Below are positions 37,157 through 46,190 of a stretch of 64,000 bases of DNA, piece by piece. Source of the stretch: an uncultured Pseudomonadota bacterium (GTDB lineage Bacteria; Pseudomonadota; Gammaproteobacteria; Burkholderiales; Rhodocyclaceae); assembly GCA_963840825.1 (NCBI GenBank), contig CAWJAK010000004.1, forward strand, positions 59,906 through 123,905, given 5' to 3'. Within the stretch, counting starts at the first letter, position 1; each line of letters begins with the position of its first letter. The translations under genes were made by a program, and so were the position numbers. The notes under the pieces were generated by a model. It did no database searches and was not told the DNA's origin. It saw only the letters and a program-made list of their open reading frames with translations.

Positions 37157-38100
37157 TGCCGATCCCTGCTGCCCTGCAAACAAACCTGGCGCTGCCGGTG
37201 ATTGGCGCGCCGATGTTCATCGTTTCCAATCCGGATCTGGTCATTGCCCAGTGCAGGAGCGGGGTGATTGGCGCGTTTCCCGCATTGAATGCCCGGCCAC
37301 CGGAGCAGCTCGACGAGTGGCTGACCCGCATCAAGAGCGCGCTGGCCGATGACCCGGCGGCCGCGCCGTTTGCGGTCAACCAGATCATTCACCAGTCGAA
37401 CGTGCGGCTCGAACACGACATGGCGCTGTGCGTGAAGCATGCGGTGCCGCTGATCATCACGAGCCTGCGTGCGCCCGATGCCATCGTGCCGCAGGTGCAT
37501 GCCTACGGCGGTCTGGTGTTTCACGATGTGATCAGCGTGCGCCACGCCGAAAAGGCGCTGGAGGCCGGTGTCGATGGCCTGATCCTGGTGTGCGCCGGGG
37601 CGGGGGGGCATGCCGGCACGCTGAGCCCGTTCGCGCTGGTGGCCGAGATTCGCAGGTTCTACGCCGGGCCGCTTGCGCTCGCCGGCGCCATCGGCAGCGG
37701 CAGCGCGATCCTGGCCGCGCAGGCCATGGGCGCGGACTTCGCCTACATCGGCACGCGCTTCATCGCGACGCGGGAAGCCAACGCGGCCCCGGCCTATCAG
37801 CAGGCGCTGCTCGCTGCCGCGGCCGCCGACATCGTCTACACCCCGTATTTCACCGGGGTGCCCGGCAACTACCTGAAGCAAAGCATCCTCGCCGCCGGGC
37901 TCGATCCGGACCATCTCCCGCTGCGCGACAAGAGCGCGATGAATTTTGGCGCGGCGGCGGGAGCGAAGGCCTGGCGCGATATCTGGGGGGCCGGGCAGGG
38001 CGTCGGCGACAGTGCCGCAATCCTGCCGGCGGCCGAACTGATCGCGCGCCTGACGCAGGAATATCGTGCCGCCCGGGCGGCGCTCTGCAGCACGCAGTAA
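37156..38100 (+). CDS. Nitronate monooxygenase/FabK-like flavin oxidoreductase
   Basis: APMF, GAGGHAG, GTRFIAT, WGAGQG. Confidence 0.88.
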   Translation: MPIPAALQTNLALPVIGAPMFIVSNPDLVIAQCRSGVIGAFPALNARPPEQLDEWLTRIKSALADDPAAAPFAVNQIIHQSNVRLEHDMALCVKHAVPLIITSLRAPDAIVPQVHAYGGLVFHDVISVRHAEKALEAGVDGLILVCAGAGGHAGTLSPFALVAEIRRFYAGPLALAGAIGSGSAILAAQAMGADFAYIGTRFIATREANAAPAYQQALLAAAAADIVYTPYFTGVPGNYLKQSILAAGLDPDHLPLRDKSAMNFGAAAGAKAWRDIWGAGQGVGDSAAILPAAELIARLTQEYRAARAALCSTQ

Positions 38101-38122
38101 TGTATAGACGAGGAAACCGAAG

Positions 38123-39916
38123 ATGAGCGAGTATCGTGCGCCGATCAAGGAAATGCGTTTTGTCATGGACGAGCTGGCCAACCTGGCGGAAATCAGCCGG
38201 CTGCCGGGCTACGAGGAGGCGACTCCCGACCTGGCCGATGCGGTGCTCGATGAGGCGGCGCGCTTCACCCGCGATGTCCTGGCGCCCCTGAACGCGATCG
38301 GCGACCGCGCCGGCTGCCAGCTGACGGCAGCCGGCGTCACCACGCCGCCGGGCTGGAAAGCGGCTTATCAGGCGTTCTGTGCGGCGGGCTGGAACGGCAT
38401 CGCCTCGCCGGTCGAGTACGGTGGCCAGGGCCTGCCGGACGCGCTGGCCGTTGCCGTCAAGGAGATGATCTGCTCGGCCAATCTGTCGTTCTCGCTCGGG
38501 CCGCTGCTGACCACCGGGGCCGTCGAGGCGCTGCTGACCTGCGCCAGCGACGAGCTCAAGTCCGTCTATCTGGAAAAAATGGTGACCGGCGCGTGGACCG
38601 GCACGATGAACCTGACCGAGCCACAAGCCGGTTCCGATCTCGCGCAGATCCGCAGCCGCGCCGAACCGCAAGCCGACGGCACGTATCGTCTCTTTGGCCA
38701 GAAGATATTCATTACCTATGGCGACCACGACATGACGAACAACATCGTCCATCTGGTGCTCGCCCGCCTGCCCGACGCGCCGCCCGGCGTGAAGGGCATT
38801 TCGATGTTTTTGGTGCCGAAGTTTCTCGTCAATCCGGATGGTTCGCCGGGCGCGCGCAACGACGCGCAGTGCGTGTCCCTCGAACACAAGCTCGGCATCC
38901 ATGCCAGCCCGACCTGTGTCATGGCCTATGGCGACGCGGGCGGGGCAGTCGGCTACCTGCTGGGCGAGCCGAACCTTGGCCTCGAATACATGTTCATCAT
39001 GATGAACGAGGCGCGTCTGGGCGTCGGCCTGCAGGGCATCGCGCTCGGCGAACGGGCCTACCAGCAGGCGCTCGCCTATGCGCGCGAACGCCAGCAGGGA
39101 CGCGATGCGGTGACGGGCGAAAAACTGGTCACCCTTGACCGGCACCCGGATATCCGGCGCATGCTGATGACAATGAAGGCCCGTGTCGAGGCCTGCCGCG
39201 CGCTGGCTTACGTCGCCTCCGGCCTGCTCGATCGCGCGCATGCCAGTGCCGACCCGGCGGAGCGCCTGCGCCAGTTGTTCCTCGCCGAATTCATGATCCC
39301 CATCGTCAAGGGCGGCAGCACCGAGATGGGTATCGACGTGACCTCGCTGGGTATCCAGATCCACGGCGGCATGGGCTACATCGAGGAAACCGGCGCCGCC
39401 CAGTATTGGCGCGACGCGCGCATCACCACCATCTACGAAGGCACCACCGGGATACAGGCGAATGACCTGCTGTTTCGCAAGTTGATGCGCGACCAGGGGG
39501 CCACGGCCAGAATCGTGTTTGGCGAGATACAGGCCACGGTGGAGGCCCTGGCCACCGCCACGCGGCCGGAACTGCAAGCGATGGCAGCGCGCCTGGGCCA
39601 TGCCCTGCAGGCCTGGACTGGTGCATCGGAATGGCTGGCTGCCAATGCGAAAACCGGCTTGTCCGGTGTGCTGACCGCCGCGGTGCCGTATCTGCACCTG
39701 GCCGTCACGGTGTGCGGCGGCTGGCAGATGGGCCGCGCCGCGCTGGCTGCCGCCGGTCATCTCGACAAGGGTGAAGGCGATCAGGCGTTTTATCGCGCCA
39801 AGATCGTGACCGCGCATTTCTATGCCGACCAGGTGCTGCCGCAAGCGGCGGCATTTGCCGAGACGGTCAAGGCGGGCGATGCGGCGCTGGCCGGGGTGGG
39901 CGACGAAGTTTTCTAG
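38123..39916 (+). CDS. Acyl-CoA dehydrogenase
   Basis: GTMNLTEPQAGSDL, HKLGIHASPTC, QIHGGMGYIEETG, IYEGT. Confidence 0.93.
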   Translation: MSEYRAPIKEMRFVMDELANLAEISRLPGYEEATPDLADAVLDEAARFTRDVLAPLNAIGDRAGCQLTAAGVTTPPGWKAAYQAFCAAGWNGIASPVEYGGQGLPDALAVAVKEMICSANLSFSLGPLLTTGAVEALLTCASDELKSVYLEKMVTGAWTGTMNLTEPQAGSDLAQIRSRAEPQADGTYRLFGQKIFITYGDHDMTNNIVHLVLARLPDAPPGVKGISMFLVPKFLVNPDGSPGARNDAQCVSLEHKLGIHASPTCVMAYGDAGGAVGYLLGEPNLGLEYMFIMMNEARLGVGLQGIALGERAYQQALAYARERQQGRDAVTGEKLVTLDRHPDIRRMLMTMKARVEACRALAYVASGLLDRAHASADPAERLRQLFLAEFMIPIVKGGSTEMGIDVTSLGIQIHGGMGYIEETGAAQYWRDARITTIYEGTTGIQANDLLFRKLMRDQGATARIVFGEIQATVEALATATRPELQAMAARLGHALQAWTGASEWLAANAKTGLSGVLTAAVPYLHLAVTVCGGWQMGRAALAAAGHLDKGEGDQAFYRAKIVTAHFYADQVLPQAAAFAETVKAGDAALAGVGDEVF

Positions 39917-39953
39917 CGGATGCCGTCCCCGGGGCACACGGCGGTCCGGCGGG

Positions 39954-39977
39954 TGCCGTCCCGCCAGCCCTGACTTT
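39954..39977 (+). repeat. Dispersed 24-bp motif, copy 8
   Basis: TGCCGTCCCGCCAGCCCTGACTTT(CA) overlapping a convergent stop by one base; partial copy ATGCCGTCCC at 39920. Confidence 0.9.
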
Positions 39978-40879
39978 CAACCGCTGCGGAGCCAGGCGGG
40001 ATCGAGCAGCAGGTAGCGGGCGTAACGAGCTTCCTCCCGGCTGCCATCGTCGCTGACGATGATGATGCGTTGCTGTCCATCGATGACTGCCGGGCTGACC
40101 CCTTCGGCATGCTCGAAGCCGGGCAGGCCATCGACCGTCACGCGGCGCGCCGCGGCGCCCGGTTGGCCGTTCCAGAACCAGAGCTGAAATTGCACTTGTT
40201 CGCGCGCCACCGGCCCGCTGGCGATCAGATAACCTTCCAGTGCTGGGACATGGGCCATGCTGCGGATGCCGTGACCGCCAAGATCAAGCGTTGCGAGGAC
40301 CGGCGCAACATGGGGTGGCGCGCCGGCATCGAATACTGCGGCGAGGTTCTCGACGCGGGCAATGATCGCGCGTTGCTCGCACAGCGGACTGCGCAAGCCG
40401 ACCAGCAGGTGCCGGGTTGCCGGATCGACCTCGATCGCCTCGATATTCAGCCCGCCATCGCGCTTGACGTCGATCATTTCGGCGGCGGCAGCCAGCACCG
40501 GATGGGTGGCGATCAGGGCTTGCCGGAGATCCCTGCAGATGGCGGCGGCTGCGATGCGATTACCCTCGATGCGCAGGCGCACGAGCTTGTCGCGCGATTG
40601 CTTGATTTCCCCGGCACCATCGCGTGAATGCGAGGTGATCGCATAGACATTTCCTGCGGCATCGAGCGCCAGGCCTTCGAGATCGTCGAGCTTGCCGAGA
40701 GTCTCACCGGTTTCCCGCTCGACGGGCTGAACGTCGATCTGTCCTTCGGCACCCAATGTGAACAGGCTGAAGGGATGCTGCTTTTCATCCTCGACCACAA
40801 GAAAACGGCCATCCGGCAATTGCTGGATGGCCGAGGGCTCGTAAATGCCGGTGAGTGGCTGAAAGCTGGGTATTGACAC
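39977..40879 (-). CDS. DUF3616-like beta-propeller protein
   Basis: EPSA, VEDE, DLEG, ITSHS, LNIEA, GLRSPL, AEG, SDDG. Confidence 0.75.
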   Translation of the reverse strand: MSIPSFQPLTGIYEPSAIQQLPDGRFLVVEDEKQHPFSLFTLGAEGQIDVQPVERETGETLGKLDDLEGLALDAAGNVYAITSHSRDGAGEIKQSRDKLVRLRIEGNRIAAAAICRDLRQALIATHPVLAAAAEMIDVKRDGGLNIEAIEVDPATRHLLVGLRSPLCEQRAIIARVENLAAVFDAGAPPHVAPVLATLDLGGHGIRSMAHVPALEGYLIASGPVAREQVQFQLWFWNGQPGAAARRVTVDGLPGFEHAEGVSPAVIDGQQRIIIVSDDGSREEARYARYLLLDPAWLRSG

Positions 40880-40881
40880 AA

Positions 40882-41253
40882 CTAAGCCTGACGCAGACGT
40901 TCGACCGCGGCAGTTACCGATTCTCCGGTCTGAATACTTGCCGCCCGTGCCAGCCGGTTGCTTGCCGAGATCACGCCATTGGCCAAGCCGTCCCGGGCCT
41001 CACCGATGCGCGCCGAGTCGTGGCTGTAGGCAGCACAGATGACGCCTGCCTGTTCGAGGTGGTCGAGGGCGACGATGCCCGCATCTTCCTTGCCGATGCC
41101 GGCATCGTTGAAGAACACCGCGTAGGGATGGGGCTGGATGCCCAGCGCGTAGATGCTGACCGAGCGTCCGCCATGCGAACCCGAGACGATGACCGCGCCA
41201 GACATCGCCGGGGTGATCTCGGTGATCGAGTCGATCAGGAACAGGGTGCGCAT
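40882..41253 (-). CDS. Conserved hypothetical protein
   Basis: ATG just after dctM; motifs DSIT, GSHGG, FNDAGIGK, SARIG. Confidence 0.7.
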   Translation of the reverse strand: MRTLFLIDSITEITPAMSGAVIVSGSHGGRSVSIYALGIQPHPYAVFFNDAGIGKEDAGIVALDHLEQAGVICAAYSHDSARIGEARDGLANGVISASNRLARAASIQTGESVTAAVERLRQA

Positions 41254-41264
41254 GGCGCTGCGGG

Positions 41265-42552
41265 TCAGTAACCCATCGACTGCGGCAGCCACAGGCTGAG
41301 CGGGGGAAAAGCCGCGACGATCAGCAGGGCAAGGAGCATCGAGACAACGAACCACATCACCCACGGGATGGTGGATTCCATCGAAATGCCGGCGATGCGC
41401 GAGGTCACCATCAGATTGACCGCCATCGGCGGGGTGAATTGTCCGATCGCCATGTTCATGGTCATCAGCACGCCGAACCACACCAGATCCCACTGGAAGG
41501 CGTTGGCGATGGGAATCAGGATCGGCAGGAAGATGAGGAAGATCGACACGGCGTCGAGCAGCATGCCGGCGATCAGCAGCATCACCATGATCATGGCCAG
41601 CATCACCCATTCAGTTGAACGTGACGCCGATCAGGCTCTGGGCAAATGCATCGAAGGCCCCGAGCGTCGAGCCCGCATGGGCGAACACGCCCGCGAGGGA
41701 AATGATGATCATCACGACCGCCGAAATCTCGGCCGACAGGACCAGCACGGCGTAGACATCGCGCCAGGACAGCGAGCGATAGACGACCATGCCGACAAAG
41801 AGGCCGTAGAACACGGCGACCACGGCGGCTTCAGTCGGCGTGAACATGCCCGAGCGCAATCCGCCGAGAATGATGACGGGCGCCAGCATGCCCCAGATGG
41901 CGTCCTTGAAGGCCTGCCAGGTTGAGGTGGTGCTCTTTTCAACGTCTGCACCCCAGCCTTCGCGCAGCGAGAAGTAGAACACCGGTATCAACAGCGAGAG
42001 GCCCGCCAGTACCCCGGGAATCAGCCCCGCGGCAAAGAGGGCCGGTACGCTCGCGCTGGGCACGAGGATGCTGTAAACGATGAAGGCGATCGAAGGCGGA
42101 ATCAGGATTGCGGTCGAGCCGGCGGCGGCGATCAGGCTGGCCGAGAAGGCGCGCGGGTAGCCCTGGCTGGCCATGCCGGGGATCATTACCATCGCCACGG
42201 CGGCGGCATCGGCGGGACCGGAACCCGAGATGCCGCCGAGGAACATGCAGACCAGCACGGCGACCACGCCCTGCGCACCGCGCCGGCTGCCGACCAGCGC
42301 CGCGGTGAAGTTGACGATACGCAGGGCGACGCCCGCGCGTTCGAAAATCATGCCGGCCAGCACGAAAACCGGCAGGGCCAGCAGCGGATATTTGGCGATG
42401 CCGGCGTAGGCATTGGTCGGCACCGACATGATGCCGAGTCCTTCGGTGAGGATGGCGGCGGTGCCGGCGGCACCGAGGGCGACCGCCAGCGGCGCGCCGA
42501 GCAGCAGGAGCACCGCAAAGCCGACGAAGAGGATCAGGCTGCCGGTCAGCAT
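41265..42552 (-). CDS. dctM: TRAP transporter large permease (frameshift near 41611)
   Basis: GISGSGPADAAA, LIPPSI, FTPTEAAV; C-terminal GQFTPP in next frame. Confidence 0.9.
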
Positions 42553-43061
42553 GCGGTCGCCTTCTCGCGCCAGAGGCGCACGATGCGGCCGCAGATGCGC
42601 AAGGCGATGACGGCGGACAGCAGCGGCAGCCAGAGCGTGTAGATCCACAGCGGAATGCCGATGCCGGGAGAAGTGGTCTCGTAGTTCCAGTCGTCGAGGA
42701 GCAGCCGGACACCGTAGCCGGCGATCAGCAAGAACAACGCCAGTGCGACGATCATCATGACGATTTCGATGCGCTGCGCGAGGCGCGGCTTCAGCTTGTC
42801 AACGAAGAAGCTGACGCGGATGTGCACGTTCTTGGCGAATGCGGCCGAGGCGCCGAAGAAGGTCAGCACGACCATGAGGAAAACCGAGAACTCCTCGGTA
42901 AAGGCAAAGGATTCGTCGGTGAAGTAGCGCACCAGCACATTGGCGAAGGTGATCAGGCAGATCAGCGCCATCGCCATGGCGGCAAAAAATTCCTCGAACC
43001 CGACGGGGATCCAGGGGCGTTCCGCGCGACGGGGTGTTGCTGGTTCGGGTGATTCGTTCAT
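42546..43061 (-). CDS. dctQ: TRAP transporter small permease
   Basis: Four TM helices, NVLVRY, TEE, HIRV. Confidence 0.9.
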   Translation of the reverse strand: MNESPEPATPRRAERPWIPVGFEEFFAAMAMALICLITFANVLVRYFTDESFAFTEEFSVFLMVVLTFFGASAAFAKNVHIRVSFFVDKLKPRLAQRIEIVMMIVALALFLLIAGYGVRLLLDDWNYETTSPGIGIPLWIYTLWLPLLSAVIALRICGRIVRLWREKATAC

Positions 43062-43075
43062 GAACTGACCGGAAA

Positions 43076-43111
43076 CAACGCGGCCACCTTCTAGATGGGG
43101 TGGCCGCGTTG
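43076..43111. terminator. Intercistronic stem-loop between dctP and dctQ
   Basis: CAACGCGGCCACC...GGTGGCCGCGTTG 13-bp inverted repeat. Confidence 0.7.
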
Positions 43112-43131
43112 CCGGAAAAAATAAGACAGAT

Positions 43132-44157
43132 TTATTTGCGCGCGGCGATGGCCTTTTCGGCCTTGCTGACCAGCGCTTGTCCCACGGTCTTGGTCCACTT
43201 CTGGTAAACCTTTTGTGTCGTCTTGACGAAGACGTCGCGTTCCTGCGGGGTGAGCTTCACCACATTCACGCCCAGGCTTTCGATGGTGGTGATCATGGAA
43301 AGATCAGGCGCAACCAGGCCCTTGCGCGCCAGCTCGATGACTTGCTTGCCGGCTTCGACGGCGGCTTCCCGGACGATCTGCTGGTCGGCCGGCGTCCAAC
43401 TGGCCCAGACTTCCTTGTTGACCACGAAAATCAGCGGGTCGGCGACGTAGCCCCACAGGGTGACATTCTTCTGGCCGATGGTGTGCATCTTGGCCGCGGT
43501 GAAGATCGTCAGCGGATTCTCCTGGCCATCGACGGCGCCGGAAGCCAGCGCGGGCTGTGCGTCGGCCCAACTCATCTGCGTCGGGTTGGCGCCCAGCACG
43601 GTAAAGGTTTCGTTGTAGATCGGCGAGCCGACAACGCGGAACTTCAATCCCTTCATGTCCTCCGGCGAGCGGATCGGGCGCTTCGAGTTCGTGACTTCGC
43701 GGTAGCCGTTCTCACCCCAGGCGAGCGGGACGACCCCGTTCTTTTCGAGGAGCTTGAAAATATCCTTGCCCACCTCGCCCTGTGTCAGCGCGTCGATGGC
43801 CTTGTAGTCGGGCATCAGGAAGGGCAGCGAGAAGAGGTTGAGCTCCTTGACCTGCGGTGACCAGTTGATGGTCGAGCCGATGGCGAGGTCGATGACGCCT
43901 TGGCGGATCGCGGTGAACTCGCGCGTCTGATCGCCGGCGACGAGGGAGGTGCCGGGATACAGCTTGATGTTGATGCGGCCCTGGGTGCGCTCGCGCACCA
44001 GATTGCCCCAGATTTCGCCGCCCTTGCCCCAGGGGAAAGCGGTGCCGACGACGGTCGACAGGCGATATTCGGGAGCGTATTTCGTCTGCGCAACGGCGGG
44101 CAGCGCACAGGCCATGGCGGCGGCGGACAGGGTCAGCAACAGGGTTCTACGCAGCAT
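43132..44157 (-). CDS. dctP: TRAP transporter substrate-binding protein
   Basis: Signal peptide, SLPFL, ENGYRE, GLKFRV, DGQENP. Confidence 0.92.
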   Translation of the reverse strand: MLRRTLLLTLSAAAMACALPAVAQTKYAPEYRLSTVVGTAFPWGKGGEIWGNLVRERTQGRINIKLYPGTSLVAGDQTREFTAIRQGVIDLAIGSTINWSPQVKELNLFSLPFLMPDYKAIDALTQGEVGKDIFKLLEKNGVVPLAWGENGYREVTNSKRPIRSPEDMKGLKFRVVGSPIYNETFTVLGANPTQMSWADAQPALASGAVDGQENPLTIFTAAKMHTIGQKNVTLWGYVADPLIFVVNKEVWASWTPADQQIVREAAVEAGKQVIELARKGLVAPDLSMITTIESLGVNVVKLTPQERDVFVKTTQKVYQKWTKTVGQALVSKAEKAIAARK

Positions 44158-44238
44158 CGGGGTCTCCTCGTGAGTAAGTGGATTGAGCGGAGCTTCTTGA
44201 CTATCTCCCAAGCCCGCAAGCCTAGCACAACGCAGAGC

Positions 44239-44262
44239 AAAGTCGGCGCTGGCGGGACGGCA
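44239..44262 (-). repeat. Dispersed 24-bp motif, copy 9
   Basis: AAAGTCGGCGCTGGCGGGACGGCA at left edge of RTX region. Confidence 0.9.
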
Positions 44263-44294
44263 CTTACGGCAGCACAATCCTCCATAAAGTATAG

Positions 44295-44531
44295 CTTTCG
44301 TGATATTGACATGTCATTGTTGTGCGACTACCCTGATGACATACCCATCCAGACCCGCGATCAAGCGGGCGGCAAATCCCTGCATAGAGATACAAGTATG
44401 AGCGCGAGCAAGCCAGCGCCGGCATTTGTCATGGAGACGAACGCAATGCAGCGGATAACTGGAAGAAAACACCAGAGCGACCTATCTGCCGAAAACAAAA
44501 CTCGGCGCTGGCGGGGTGGCGATTGGAGAGT
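44295..44531 (+). repeat. Diverged ~240-bp direct repeat, copy A
   Basis: Colinear with 45313-45558; 74 of the first 96 nt identical by manual alignment; ends in a 24-bp motif then GGAGAGT. Confidence 0.85.
44498..44521 (-). repeat. Dispersed 24-bp motif, copy 10 (degenerate)
   Basis: AAACTCGGCGCTGGCGGGGTGGCG, 4 mismatches to copy 9. Confidence 0.75.
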
Positions 44532-45190
44532 ACTCAGGGGCGACGACGCCTTCGTCGCCCTCGACCTCGCCGACAACCCCTTCTATCGCGCATTCCCCGA
44601 CCACCTCGACACCACGGCGGTGGCCGGCCTGCCCGATATGCAGGGATCGGGGCGGCTGCGCGATCTCAGGGAAGCCGCCACCCTCTCGACCGCACTGGCC
44701 AGCCAGCTTGCCGACCTGCAAGCCAACTACCGCACCCACGACCAGTTCGACGCCGCACTCGACACCCTGATCCAGAACTGGGCGAACACATCCGACTGGA
44801 GCACCACCCCGGTGGGCTACCAGGCGCCCACCCTGTTCAGCGGCAGCGGCTACAGCGGTCTGCCCATCGCCAAAACCAGCCCCGGCCTGCACCTGATGAA
44901 CGCGCCGGCAATTCTGGGCGGTGGGATGGTGCCCTACGCCATCATCTACCAGCCGCAAGGCATCACCAAAGAACAACTCTGGGGCGCCTACCGCGTGCCG
45001 CTCAGCGGCACCGCGCCGCCTCTCCCGGAAAAGTACCTGCGCGCCGTCTATCTCATCGAGACACTGGAACGCACCAACGGACAAACGTTTATCAACTACA
45101 ACATCGAGACCGGCGCGGTAACCACCGCCATCGGCACCGCCGTCCCGCCCGAACAGGCCGGCGGGGGCAGCGTGCCGGTTGCCTCACTCA
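44532..45190 (+). pseudogene. Internal fragment of an FrpC/ApxIV-like RTX protein
   Basis: DLADNPFYR..LPDMQGSGRLRDLREAATLS..LDTLIQNWANT resembles the FrpC segment GRLRDLREAAALS..LDNLIHKWAET (from memory); no RTX repeats or secretion signal follow. Confidence 0.72.
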
Positions 45191-45214
45191 AAAGTCGGCG
45201 CTGGCGGGACGGCA
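45191..45214 (-). repeat. Dispersed 24-bp motif, copy 11
   Basis: AAAGTCGGCGCTGGCGGGACGGCA. Confidence 0.9.
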
Positions 45215-45312
45215 TCAGATTTGCTCGGGAAGCCGCGAATGGGGAAAGCTGGAGGAGTGCGGCGTGAGGGCCCGACCTGACACCCATGGTGCGCGTCGGA
45301 CACACGCTATGA

Positions 45313-45558
45313 CTTTCGTCATATCGACATGTCATTGCACCGCCGCTACCCTGCCGGCATACCTATCAAGACTCGCTACCAAGCGGGCGACAAACCGCTC
45401 AACAGAGACGCCCGGCCTGGCACCGCCATGCCGGCATCAACTTGGGTTTGGAGAGCTACGCGATGCAGCGGTTATCCCTACGAATACACCCAGGCGCCAG
45501 GCCTGCCCAAGCAAAAAGTCGGCGCTGGCGGGACGGCGAACGATACGCGATGGAGAGT
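45313..45558 (+). repeat. Diverged ~240-bp direct repeat, copy B
   Basis: Homologous to 44295-44531; lies directly upstream of the lipoprotein ATG. Confidence 0.85.
45515..45538 (-). repeat. Dispersed 24-bp motif, copy 12
   Basis: AAAGTCGGCGCTGGCGGGACGGCG. Confidence 0.9.
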
Positions 45559-45564
45559 GGCGGC

Positions 45565-46188
45565 ATGATGACCAGAACAATTCTTGTACTGCTGACAATC
45601 CTCCTGCTTTCAGGTTGCGGTGGTACGCGCAACTGGAAGGAAGAAGTGCAATTGGCCGACAACCGTATCGTTGTCATCGACCGCTATGACAAGCTGGGCA
45701 ACCCGCTTGATCAGGAACCAGGAAATAGAGTGTTTGGCTCACCAGTGGTGGGGTTTGTATTGCGCATACCCGTTGAAGGTTCAAGTTTCCCCGTCACCTG
45801 GGAGAGCGGGCCGCACCTGATTCCACTGGCGCTCGGAATCAAAGAGGGGCGGCCATACATCGCCGCCAGCCCGAACACCTGCGCCGCTTACGACATGTTG
45901 GGCCGCCCGGTGCCGCCGTATGTCTTCTTCCGCTATGACGGCAAGGAATGGCGACGTATCTCAGTCGACGCGTTTCCGGAAGAAATCAAGACCGCCAACT
46001 TATTACTCGGCACCCGCAACTACGATGCCCGGCAGGAAATAGACACTGGCCTTGTGAAGGCCGATGCGGTGAAACGTATCAATCTGAACACCTCCCCCGA
46101 CCTCCGCACCATTTACCGGAGCGGGGTGCGGGGTAAAGAAGGCTGTATTTGGGAACTTGAACAATTGGACAAGAACCGGAGGAAATAA
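45565..46188 (+). CDS. Hypothetical lipoprotein upstream of RTX lipase
   Basis: MMTRTILVLLTILLLSG-C lipobox; WKEEVQL and PPYVFFRY..W motifs; stop 2 nt before RTX start. Confidence 0.85.
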   Translation: MMTRTILVLLTILLLSGCGGTRNWKEEVQLADNRIVVIDRYDKLGNPLDQEPGNRVFGSPVVGFVLRIPVEGSSFPVTWESGPHLIPLALGIKEGRPYIAASPNTCAAYDMLGRPVPPYVFFRYDGKEWRRISVDAFPEEIKTANLLLGTRNYDARQEIDTGLVKADAVKRINLNTSPDLRTIYRSGVRGKEGCIWELEQLDKNRRK

Positions 46189-46190
46189 TC

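Noticed and set aside
43900-45267. 455-aa ORF as a real gene
   Set aside because: Its N-terminal part is antisense to dctP and crosses intergenic DNA; only the FrpC-like segment looks protein-coding.
44239-45538. Four similar 24-bp repeats as a possible CRISPR array
   Set aside because: Gaps between copies are 235-670 bp and irregular, no cas genes are present, and the same motif is scattered across the window.
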